Notes under the pieces: generated by a model
Databases searched by the model: none
What the model saw: the letters and a program-made list of their open reading frames with translations, nothing else
What the model was told of the DNA's origin: nothing
DNA from: Capsulimonadaceae bacterium
GTDB taxonomy: Bacteria; Armatimonadota; Armatimonadia; Armatimonadales; Capsulimonadaceae
NCBI GenBank assembly: GCA_965215505.1
Contig: OZ244065.1
Coordinates: 1,728,001 to 1,792,000 of the forward strand
Length of the DNA stretch: 64,000 bases
Direction: 5' to 3'
Shown here: positions 1 to 8,332 of the stretch, in pieces
Layout of the letters: each line of letters begins with the position of its first letter
Position numbering within the stretch: position 1 is the stretch's first letter
Position numbers and translations under genes: made by a program

Positions 1-1373
1 GCGACGCGCTCTTCCAGCTCGCGCTTACGGCCCTGAAGCTCATACGCCTTTTCGTACTGGCGGTTGTTCGGCAGGCCGTTCAGCTCCTTCTGGACCGCGT
101 TCAGCTCGATCTTGGCGTCGCGAAGCTCCTGGGGAGGCATCGCGCCGCGCAGGCGGACGCGCGAGGCGGCCTCGTCAATGACGTCAATCGCCTTGTCCGG
201 CAGGAACCGGTCGGAGATGTAGCGGTCGGACAGCCGGGCCGCCGAGTCCAGGGCCTCGTTGGTGATCTCGACCTTGTGGTGCTGCTCGTAGCGGGGCCGC
301 AGGCCCTTCAGGATCTCAATGGCGTCTTCCACCGACGGCTCCTTGACCTGGATGGCTTGGAAGCGGCGCTGCAAGGCGGCGTCCCGCTCCACATACTTGC
401 GGTACTCGTCCAGCGTCGTCGCGCCGATGCACTGGAGTTCGCCTCGTGCCAGGGCCGGCTTCATGATATTGGAGGCATCAATCGCGCCCTCGGCCGCGCC
501 CGCGCCGACGAGGGTGTGCAGCTCATCAATGAACAGGATGATCTCACCCTGCGCCTTCCGCATCTCCTCCATGACGCGCTTCATGCGCTCCTCGAACTCG
601 CCCCGGTACTTGGTGCCGGCGACAAGGGAGGCGAGGTCGAGCTGGACGACGCGCTTGTCCTTCAGGAAGTCGGGGATGTCGCCCATGACGATGCGCTGGG
701 CCAGGCCCTCGGCGATGGCCGTCTTGCCAACCCCCGGCTCGCCCAGCAGGCACGGGTTGTTCTTCATGCGACGCGAGATGATCTGGATGCACCGCTCGAT
801 CTCGTTGGCCCGCCCGATGACCGGGTCGAGCTTCTCGTTACGCGCCATCTCGGTCAGGTCGCGCCCGAACTCGTCCAGAGTCGGAGTGCGCGTCTTGGCC
901 GCCTGTCGGCTGCCGCCCGCCGCCGCGCCGCCCTCGCCGCCGCCTTCCTGGAGGTGCATGACCTCGCGCCGGGTCCGGTCGAGGTCCACGCCAAGCTTGG
1001 ACAGGACGCGGCCCGCCAAACCTTCCCCTTCACGGATCAAGCCAAGCAGCAGGTGTTCCGTCCCGATGTAGTTGTTGTTGAGCTGCCGCGCCTCGTCGTA
1101 GGCGAGGTCTATCACGCGCTTCGCCCGCGGCGTGAGCTGCATGTCCTGACCCAAGCGGCCGTCGCCGCGCGCGACCTGCCGCTCGATCTCGGACCGGATG
1201 CGGCCCAGGCTGACGCCGATACGGTCCAGGATGCGGGCGGCCACGCTGTCATTCTCACGGACCAGGCCGAGCAGCAGGTGTTCGGTGGAGACATAGTTCT
1301 CGCCGAGTCGCCCCGCCTCTTCCTGTGCATAGAACACGACCTTGCGGGCGCGCTCGGTAAATCGTTGCCACAT
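1..1373 (-). CDS. clpC: ATP-dependent Clp protease ATP-binding subunit ClpC (5' part; runs off window)
   Basis: Manual translation from ATG at 1373: [20 protein letters not shown], two Clp-N repeats, GEPGVGKT Walker A, LFIDELH Walker B, DAALQRRF. Directly downstream of mcsB. Confidence 0.95.
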   Translation of the reverse strand, partial: MWQRFTERARKVVFYAQEEAGRLGENYVSTEHLLLGLVRENDSVAARILDRIGVSLGRIRSEIERQVARGDGRLGQDMQLTPRAKRVIDLAYDEARQLNNNYIGTEHLLLGLIREGEGLAGRVLSKLGVDLDRTRREVMHLQEGGGEGGAAAGGSRQAAKTRTPTLDEFGRDLTEMARNEKLDPVIGRANEIERCIQIISRRMKNNPCLLGEPGVGKTAIAEGLAQRIVMGDIPDFLKDKRVVQLDLASLVAGTKYRGEFEERMKRVMEEMRKAQGEIILFIDELHTLVGAGAAEGAIDASNIMKPALARGELQCIGATTLDEYRKYVERDAALQRRFQAIQVKEPSVEDAIEILKGLRPRYEQHHKVEITNEALDSAARLSDRYISDRFLPDKAIDVIDEAASRVRLRGAMPPQELRDAKIELNAVQKELNGLPNNRQYEKAYELQGRKRELEERV

Positions 1374-1424
1374 GGTGTTGCTTCTCCCCGGTTCTTATAC
1401 CCTAAAGCGCCCGCCCCGACCGGG

Positions 1425-2534
1425 CTAGCGCGTGTGTTCCCGAATCTTATTGCGGATCAACGCCGGGCGGCGCGTCTCCTCGTAAAACGTGTACTGTGCC
1501 TTCTCGCCTGAAACGAACTGGGCACCCAAACGGAGCGAGGACAGCAGCTCATTGAAGACGCGGTTGCTCACTCCGGTCGGCATCCCAAACTGCGCGCCGA
1601 GACGCAGGAGGGAGAGGATCGCCATCGAGTCGCCCGCCGACAGGCGCTCCGCCGACTTCAGCCGCGCTTGCGCGCCCGCGATCTTTTCCTCTACTAGAGA
1701 ACGCTGATCGCGCCAGAGCAGTTCCCTTGCTGCCTGCTCGTCGGTCAGCAGCAGGGTCGCCGTGGCGGCCAGCCGGGTGAGGAGCTGGCGCTCCGATTTG
1801 CCCGTGCTGACGGCGTTCGAGATCTGGTGGACGTCCCCCGCCGCGACGCTGTGTTCGCCGTAAGGGCCGCGCACGGCGGCCCCCAGGGTGCGCGCCGCGT
1901 CCAGGGCGCCGTCGAGTTTTGCTGAGATCGCGAGGCCGGGCAGATGCGCCATGACCGAGACGCGCAGGCCCGTCCCGCAATTAGACAGCGACGAGGTCAG
2001 GTAGCCGTAGTGGTCGTCAAAGGCGTAATCCAGATGCGCCCCAAATTGGTCGTCCATCTGGTCCGCGATGCGCCAGGCGGCGTCGAGCTGCAAGCCGGGC
2101 AGGATCGCCTGCAAGCGCAGGTGGTCCTCCTCGTTGACCATAACGCTGACCGTATGCTTGTCGTCCACCAAGGCCCAGCGGTGCGGGCCGGACTGGGCGT
2201 GCGGGACGCTGATCAGGTGGCTGTCCACCAGGGCCGCCTTTTCGGCCTCGCTCTGCTTCCCGATCTCGACCGCGCGCAGGCTGACGTGGCCCTTGTCCCG
2301 GCGGCGGGCGACGGCCAGGACCTGCTTGGCGACCGCCTTCAGGTCGGCGTCTGCGGCCCGGCCCGGAAAAGCCACCCCCGCCAGGTTGCGCGCCAGGCGG
2401 ACGCGGGTAGACAGGATGACGTCCGCCTCCCACCCGGTTTCGCTGGCCCACGCGGGCGTCTGGACAGCGGCAGGCGGTGCGGCCTCCGGGGGAGAAGGTT
2501 TAAGCGGCGTTCTTGCCGAGGTGGCGGGTTTCAC
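1425..2534 (-). CDS. mcsB: Protein-arginine kinase McsB-like (ATP:guanido phosphotransferase), divergent active site
   Basis: STRVRLARNL, MVNEEDHLRLQ, GTGLRVSVMAHLP, VRGPYGE, QISN motifs; synteny with clpC. Confidence 0.88.
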   Translation of the reverse strand: MKPATSARTPLKPSPPEAAPPAAVQTPAWASETGWEADVILSTRVRLARNLAGVAFPGRAADADLKAVAKQVLAVARRRDKGHVSLRAVEIGKQSEAEKAALVDSHLISVPHAQSGPHRWALVDDKHTVSVMVNEEDHLRLQAILPGLQLDAAWRIADQMDDQFGAHLDYAFDDHYGYLTSSLSNCGTGLRVSVMAHLPGLAISAKLDGALDAARTLGAAVRGPYGEHSVAAGDVHQISNAVSTGKSERQLLTRLAATATLLLTDEQAARELLWRDQRSLVEEKIAGAQARLKSAERLSAGDSMAILSLLRLGAQFGMPTGVSNRVFNELLSSLRLGAQFVSGEKAQYTFYEETRRPALIRNKIREHTR

Positions 2535-2691
2535 CGTGGATCTCCTTCAGCGCGCGCCTCACTTCCGCCGTGAACGTCTCATAGCACCGGGCGCAGCCCA
2601 TCTGCCCCAATGCGTACAGCTCCCGCCGTGTCAGGCCACAGCCCGGGCAGGCCTCGTCGTCGTCCGCTCGTTCCTCGACATCCGCTTCCAT
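2500..2691 (-). CDS. mcsA: Truncated McsA-like zinc-binding protein (63 aa)
   Basis: CPGCGLT..GQMGCARCYETF..LKEIHG..HLGK matches the McsA central region; overlaps the mcsB start; ATG at 2691. Confidence 0.75.
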   Translation of the reverse strand: MEADVEERADDDEACPGCGLTRRELYALGQMGCARCYETFTAEVRRALKEIHGETRHLGKNAA

Positions 2692-2695
2692 AACC

Positions 2696-2923
2696 CTAAC
2701 TCCGCACGCGGGACCGCTTCCAGCGCATGTAGAAGGACACACCGATACCCGACACGGTCAGTCCGATGAGCAGCCCAACCGCCAGGCCCGGCAGCCGCTC
2801 CAGAAGGGGTGTGGCATCCGGAGATGCCATCGCGCCGATCGCGCTGCCGAGCAGGCCCATCAACAGGACAAACACCCACTGGAACAAGCAAGCATTTTTC
2901 GTATCACGGTCATCGGACACCAT
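2696..2923 (-). CDS. Small 2-TM membrane hypothetical protein
   Basis: Two hydrophobic segments in the C-terminal part of ORF 2696..3154; TAAAAT 10 nt upstream of ATG 2923. Start uncertain. Confidence 0.5.
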   Translation of the reverse strand: MVSDDRDTKNACLFQWVFVLLMGLLGSAIGAMASPDATPLLERLPGLAVGLLIGLTVSGIGVSFYMRWKRSRVRS

Positions 2924-3044
2924 ATATGACACCATTTTACCCGATAACGGCCCGATAGTTCCGTGGCGATTCTGGTGGCCCTGAACGTGCCTCCCACGGC
3001 ACCGGTAACATCTACCTTTGGGGGAAAGCGCGACTCGGCTCTTA

Positions 3045-3656
3045 TCACGCCACGAGCGGTAAGTCCAACTCTCGTGCCATCTGTGCCGCGAAAGCCCCCG
3101 CCCGGTCAAGTTTGGAGAAGCCACCCAGACTAGAGGCCAACTTCGTCTCCCCATGCCACTTCAGGTGGACATAGAAGAAAGTACCCCCTTTGTTGCTAGT
3201 GCGCCGCACACTGATCCCTGCGATGTCACTCCAGGGACCAGTCTTTTCTTTAAGCACGATGCCGGCAGTATCGATGGTGCGGTAAGTCCGCCGGTCCAGA
3301 TTTAGCACCAGGGCACACGTCTTTATGTACCAGCAGATAACGCCCCAGTAGAGGACGAAGGCGGCGGCACCGAACGCCAGCACGATTTCCGCAGCATTCG
3401 GATGTGTCGAGAAATAGCTCCAATTGAGCAAGTTGAAGAGAGCTGGATCATCAACAAGCACACATAGCTCCAGCAGATTGAGTGCCAGCGTCACTCCAAA
3501 GATGACCAAAGCTACAGGCCGCAGGAATACCACTTCAGACCGCGTGGCCTTGCGCTGGTAACTCCCGGCCCCCAAAGCATTGGTTGAGAAGAAGCCTGTG
3601 ACGAGTGCAGGACCATAGAGCGTTGATATGAACAGCAGGCCGAAAAAATGAGACAT
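3045..3656 (-). CDS. Membrane hypothetical protein
   Basis: 203 aa ORF with ~3 TM segments, 4 nt after the ilvE stop, lower GC than flanks. Confidence 0.65.
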   Translation of the reverse strand: MSHFFGLLFISTLYGPALVTGFFSTNALGAGSYQRKATRSEVVFLRPVALVIFGVTLALNLLELCVLVDDPALFNLLNWSYFSTHPNAAEIVLAFGAAAFVLYWGVICWYIKTCALVLNLDRRTYRTIDTAGIVLKEKTGPWSDIAGISVRRTSNKGGTFFYVHLKWHGETKLASSLGGFSKLDRAGAFAAQMARELDLPLVA

Positions 3657-3660
3657 GGCC

Positions 3661-4551
3661 TCATCCTATGAAAGCGCCGATGCCCGTCGTCGCTGTGTGT
3701 TCGCGGAAGGCGGCAATCAGCTCGCGCGTGATGGGGCCGGGTCTGCCGTCGCCGATAACTCTCCCGTCGAATTGGACGGCGGGGATGACTTCGGCGGCGG
3801 TGCCGGTGAGGAAGACCTCGTCGGCGTTGTAGACATCGTACTGCGTGATGATCGGCTCGCTGACCGCGTAGCCGGCCTCGCGGGCGAGGCCGATGACGGT
3901 GTCGCGGGTGATGCCTTGCAGGATGCCGATGGAGGCAGGGGGCGTCGTCAGCGCGCCGTCACGGATGAGGAAGATGTTGTCGCCGGTGGCCTCGCCGACG
4001 TAGCCTTCGCGGGTCAGCATCAGGCCCTCGCCCGCGCCCTGGCGGTTGGCCTCGGCCTTCGCCATGATGTTGTTGATGTACTTACCGGTGCATTTGACGC
4101 GCGGGTCGATGACGTCGGGCGAGGGCAGGCGCGTGGAGACGGTGGCGACGATCAGGCCGGTCTCGTACATCTCGGCGGGATAGAGGGCGAGCTGTTCGCA
4201 GGAGATGTAGACGTTCGCCTCGCCCTTGATGTGCTTGGGGTCCAGCCCCAGGCCGGTCCCGCGCGTGACAGTGACGCGGATGTAGCCGTCGCGGTGGCCG
4301 TTCGCGCGGACGGTCTCCAGGATGGACTCGCGCGTCGCTTCGGGCGGTGCGGGGATGACGATGTTGAGGGCGCGTGCCGAGTAGTAGAGACGGGCGACGT
4401 GTTCATCGAGCTTGAAGACGCGGCCGTTGTAGACCCGAATGCCTTCAAACAAGCCGTCGCCGTAGAGGAGGCCGTGGTCGTAGAAGGGGATCACCGCTTC
4501 TTGCTTCGGGGTCAAGGTCCCGTTCAGGGATACAAACTGCTGTCCAGACAT
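3661..4551 (-). CDS. ilvE: Branched-chain amino acid aminotransferase (class IV)
   Basis: DHGLLYGDGLFEG, YIRVTVTRG, EATGDN, LQGITR, DEVFLTGTAAEVIP motifs. Confidence 0.93.
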   Translation of the reverse strand: MSGQQFVSLNGTLTPKQEAVIPFYDHGLLYGDGLFEGIRVYNGRVFKLDEHVARLYYSARALNIVIPAPPEATRESILETVRANGHRDGYIRVTVTRGTGLGLDPKHIKGEANVYISCEQLALYPAEMYETGLIVATVSTRLPSPDVIDPRVKCTGKYINNIMAKAEANRQGAGEGLMLTREGYVGEATGDNIFLIRDGALTTPPASIGILQGITRDTVIGLAREAGYAVSEPIITQYDVYNADEVFLTGTAAEVIPAVQFDGRVIGDGRPGPITRELIAAFREHTATTGIGAFIG

Positions 4552-4648
4552 CCGCAGGCCTCCAAGTGTGTTGGGACTAGTATAGCACGGGGGACAAGGA
4601 AAAGGAACCCAGCATCGCGAATAGCCCCGGCATCAGGAGGTATCGAAA

Positions 4649-5041
4649 ATGGCAGACGCGGAAGAGGAAGTGCTGACGATCACCCGGCAGATGCTGGACG
4701 CCATGTATACGGCGAACCCGGAGGTCCACCGGCGGCACTGTGCCGAGGATATGTCCTCGTATGAGTGGTACATCGCGCCGAACCGGATCGACGGGCTGGA
4801 GTTCCACCTGAAGCTGATCGAGGGGGGCGGGAACGGGGCACCGAGTCGGCTGGACCTGCTGACGCCGCGCGTTCAGGTCTACGGTGACACGGCGGTCGTG
4901 AACTACACGCTGCTGAAAACGGATTTCCCCCCGCCGGGGGTGCTGACGCCGCCTGACTTCTCGACAATCAACGAGACGCGAGTCTTCGTCAAGCTAGGCG
5001 GCGTGTGGAAGATGGTACATCTGCACAAGTCGCCGACGTAG
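4649..5041 (+). CDS. NTF2-like / CaMKII association-domain-like protein (DUF4440/SnoaL superfamily)
   Basis: AGGAGG RBS; EEEVLTITRQMLDAM..DMSSYE..IDGLEFH and C-terminal ETRVF..WKMVHLHKS. Confidence 0.75.
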   Translation: MADAEEEVLTITRQMLDAMYTANPEVHRRHCAEDMSSYEWYIAPNRIDGLEFHLKLIEGGGNGAPSRLDLLTPRVQVYGDTAVVNYTLLKTDFPPPGVLTPPDFSTINETRVFVKLGGVWKMVHLHKSPT

Positions 5042-5052
5042 GGACGTAATAA

Positions 5053-5084
5053 AAAGAGGCCGCCCCATTGGGGGCGGCCTCTTT
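5053..5084. terminator. Bidirectional intrinsic terminator between convergent genes
   Basis: aaagaggccgcccc / ggggcggcctcttt inverted repeat with A/T tails. Confidence 0.85.
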
Positions 5085-5093
5085 GCCGTTTTG

Positions 5094-6680
5094 TCAGCGG
5101 GCGCTCACGGGCGGCGTCGGCACGGGAGGCACCGGTGGGGGCGGTGCCTGGGCCAGCGTCGTGACGGTCGCGACCGGCTGGAGGGAGTTGCCGCCGGTGA
5201 CGGACGGGCCGTAGAGGAGGGTCGGCAGGACGCCGAACAGCAGGGTGGCGACGGCGCAGACGGCGAGGGCGACGTCCGCGCCGAGGGCGAACTTCCAGAC
5301 GTTGGCCGGGAACTCGCGCTTGGCGGGCAGGAAGTACATCGTGTAGACGATGCGGAGGTAGTAGGCCGCGCCGATGACGCTCGCGACCAGGCCGATGACG
5401 GCGAGGCTATACTGGTGGGCGTTCACGGCGGCGATGAAGACGTAGAACTTGCCGAAGAAGCCGGCGGCCGGCGGGACGCCCGCCAGGGAGAACATGAACA
5501 GGGCCATCAGGGCGGCGGCCCAGGGCTGGGTGGCGGCCAACCCCTGCAAATCCTCGATGTTGTTCAGCTCATCGCCGCGCCGGGCCAGCAGGATGAGGAT
5601 GCCGAACGCGCCGAGGTTCATGAAGGTGTAGGCGAGGACGTAGAACAGGATGCCGGCATAGGCCTGGCTGGGGATGCCGAGTTCGGGGTGTGCCTGGGCA
5701 TAGCCCGAGGACCCGGCCAGCAGGCCGACCAGGATATACCCGGCATGGGCGATGCTGGAATAGGCCAGCATCCGCTTGATGTTGGTCTGGACGATGGCGA
5801 CGACGTTGCCGACCACCATGGTCAGGATGGCGAGTACCCAGAAGACGTCGTGGAAGACGCTGGACAGGGGCAGCAGGACGATGGCGACGCGCACCAGGGC
5901 GGCGAACGCGCCGCACTTGGCCCCGGCCGACATGAAGGCCGTCACCGAAGTCGGCGCACCCTCATACACGTCGGGCGTCCATGAGTGGAACGGCACGATG
6001 GCAGCCTTGAAGCCCAGGCCGACGATTAGAAGGGCGAAGCCTGCCACGGCATAGGGGGACATCAAGGCACCGAGTGGAATGGAGGTCAGTAGGTCCAGTC
6101 GGGTCGTCCCGGTGCCGCCGTAGACAAGCGCGATGCCATACAGGAAGAAGCCCGAGGAGAACGAGCCGAGCAGGAAATACTTCATCGCCGACTCTTCCGA
6201 GCGCGCCTCCGTCCGGGCAAACCCGGACAGAACGTATAAGGCGATGGACAGCACTTCCAGGCCGATGAAGATCGTGATCAGCTCGCGGCTCGTCGCCATC
6301 AGCATCGCGCCCGCCGTCGAGAAGAGCATCAGGGCGTAATATTCGCCGTAGTTGATGCCCTTCTGCTGGATGTAGTTCTCGGACAGCATCACGGACAGGG
6401 CGACGACGACCAGCAGGATGATCTGGAAAGCCAGCGCGAAGTTGTCGGCGACGACGGAGCCGTTGAAAGCTGTCTTGGCGGTCGCCGCCGACGCGCCGAA
6501 GGGCCACAGGAGGAAGCAGGCGATCCACGCGGCGACGATGCCCGCGAGTGAGACGGCCACGCACATGCTCTTGCGGTCGCGTGGCAGGAAGAGGTCTACC
6601 ATCAGCACCGCCATCGCCGTGACGACGAGGATGAGCAGGGGCGAGATGACCTGGATGTCGTTGAGATTAACAGGGAGCAT
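5094..6680 (-). CDS. nuoN: NADH-quinone oxidoreductase subunit N
   Basis: GFKAAIVPFHSWTPDVYEGAPT, KRMLAYSSIAH, SLAGVPP..GK; last gene of the nuo operon. Confidence 0.95.
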   Translation of the reverse strand: MLPVNLNDIQVISPLLILVVTAMAVLMVDLFLPRDRKSMCVAVSLAGIVAAWIACFLLWPFGASAATAKTAFNGSVVADNFALAFQIILLVVVALSVMLSENYIQQKGINYGEYYALMLFSTAGAMLMATSRELITIFIGLEVLSIALYVLSGFARTEARSEESAMKYFLLGSFSSGFFLYGIALVYGGTGTTRLDLLTSIPLGALMSPYAVAGFALLIVGLGFKAAIVPFHSWTPDVYEGAPTSVTAFMSAGAKCGAFAALVRVAIVLLPLSSVFHDVFWVLAILTMVVGNVVAIVQTNIKRMLAYSSIAHAGYILVGLLAGSSGYAQAHPELGIPSQAYAGILFYVLAYTFMNLGAFGILILLARRGDELNNIEDLQGLAATQPWAAALMALFMFSLAGVPPAAGFFGKFYVFIAAVNAHQYSLAVIGLVASVIGAAYYLRIVYTMYFLPAKREFPANVWKFALGADVALAVCAVATLLFGVLPTLLYGPSVTGGNSLQPVATVTTLAQAPPPPVPPVPTPPVSAR

Positions 6681-6685
6681 AGAAG

Positions 6686-8326
6686 TTATTGGCCTTTCGG
6701 CGATGGGCCGGCAGACGGCCCGCCGCCACCGGCGATACCGGCGGGTCCTCGGGACCCAGGGCCGCTGAGGCCCAGGGCGTCAAGCTGGTCTTTGGTCGGG
6801 GTATCGAATGGATTATCGTAGGACAGCTTGGTCTGCGTCATGACAGTCGTGACGGCCGGATTCACTTTGTTGAGTACGGTCGGCGTTGGGTATGCGCCCA
6901 GCAGGAAGATGAGCAGGACGAGCGGGATCAAGGCCCACTTCTCGCCGCCGGTCATGTCCGGCAGCGACCGGTTGGCCTCGTTGTCCAGCTTGCCGTACAT
7001 GACGCGCTGGAACATCCAGAGCATGTAGACGACCGACCAGATCGCCGCCGTGGTCGCGAAGGCCGCCGCCCAGGGGCTTGTCTGGAACGAGCCGAGCAGC
7101 AGCAACAGCTCGCCGGTGAAGCCACTGGTCAGCGGCAGGGCGACCGAGGAGAGCGTCGCGATGAGGAAGACGACCGTGAACATCGGCATGACGCCCATCA
7201 GCCCGCCGAAGTCCTTGATCTGGTAGGACTGACGTCGCGCGTACAGGCCCCCGATCAGGATGAACAGCGCGCCCGTCGTGATCGTATGGCTCACCATCTG
7301 GATGACCGCCCCGGACATGCCGATGGATGTCAGGGTGAAGATGCCGAGCATGATGACGCCGATGTGTGACACGGACGAGTACGCGATGAGGCGCTTCAGG
7401 TCTGTCTGCATCGCGGCGACCAGGGCAGCATAGATGACGCCGATGACGGCCAGGATGATGATGAAGGGGGCGGCCTCCAGGACAGCATGGGGGAACAAGG
7501 GCAGGCAGAAGCGGATGAAGCCGTACAGCCCCATCTTCAAGGAGATCAAGATGATCGTCCCACCGGTCGGCGCTTCCGCGTAAGCGTCCGGCACCCAGCT
7601 ATGGAAGGGGAACACGGGAGCCTTGATGCCGAAGGCCAGGAAGAAGCCCGTGAACAGCAGGAGGTCCGTCGTCTCCTTGCCCGAGAACATGCCGAGATAG
7701 ACGTGCTTCTGGAGTTCGGGCAGGTCGAAGGAACCCGGAGCCGTCGGGGTGGCCGACAGGAAGTACAGGGCCATGATCGAAACCAGCATCACCATCGAGC
7801 CGACCATCGTGTAGAGGAAGAACTTGACGGTGGCGTAGACGCGCCGAGGCCCGCCCCAGATGCCGATGATGAAGTACATCGGGATCAGCATCCCTTCCCA
7901 GAACAAATAGTATAAGACCAGGTTCAGGGACAGGAAGACGCCTAAGACGGCGGTTTCCATCACCAGCACCCAGCAGTAGTATTCGCGGGCGCGCTCGGTG
8001 ATCTCCTTGAACGAGACGCCGACGACGAACGGGAAGATGAGCGTCGTCATCAGCACCATTAGGAGCGAGATGCCGTCTATGCCGAGGTAGTAATTGATAT
8101 GCAGGGACGACACCCAAGGGGTGAAGTCCTTGAGTTGGAACTGCTCCGCGCCATGCGGATTATACGCGGCATAGAGGTAGAGTGAAACCGCGAGGGTCGC
8201 CAGCGTCCCCGCCAGCGTCAGCCCTTTGATCGTCTGGAGGTTCGTCTTAGGAACCAGGGCGACCAGCAGTGCGAACGCCGCGGGCAGGAATACGGTCAGG
8301 GTCAGCAGGCCATGAAATTCAGTCAT
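6686..8326 (-). CDS. nuoM: NADH-quinone oxidoreductase subunit M
   Basis: GIDGISL, FWEGMLIPMY, KAPVFPFHSW, KRLIAYSSVSH, GFTGE. Confidence 0.95.
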   Translation of the reverse strand: MTEFHGLLTLTVFLPAAFALLVALVPKTNLQTIKGLTLAGTLATLAVSLYLYAAYNPHGAEQFQLKDFTPWVSSLHINYYLGIDGISLLMVLMTTLIFPFVVGVSFKEITERAREYYCWVLVMETAVLGVFLSLNLVLYYLFWEGMLIPMYFIIGIWGGPRRVYATVKFFLYTMVGSMVMLVSIMALYFLSATPTAPGSFDLPELQKHVYLGMFSGKETTDLLLFTGFFLAFGIKAPVFPFHSWVPDAYAEAPTGGTIILISLKMGLYGFIRFCLPLFPHAVLEAAPFIIILAVIGVIYAALVAAMQTDLKRLIAYSSVSHIGVIMLGIFTLTSIGMSGAVIQMVSHTITTGALFILIGGLYARRQSYQIKDFGGLMGVMPMFTVVFLIATLSSVALPLTSGFTGELLLLLGSFQTSPWAAAFATTAAIWSVVYMLWMFQRVMYGKLDNEANRSLPDMTGGEKWALIPLVLLIFLLGAYPTPTVLNKVNPAVTTVMTQTKLSYDNPFDTPTKDQLDALGLSGPGSRGPAGIAGGGGPSAGPSPKGQ

Positions 8327-8332
8327 AATGGT

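Noticed and set aside
276..1511. 411 aa and 250 aa plus-strand ORFs
   Set aside because: Antisense shadows of clpC, typical of high-GC DNA.
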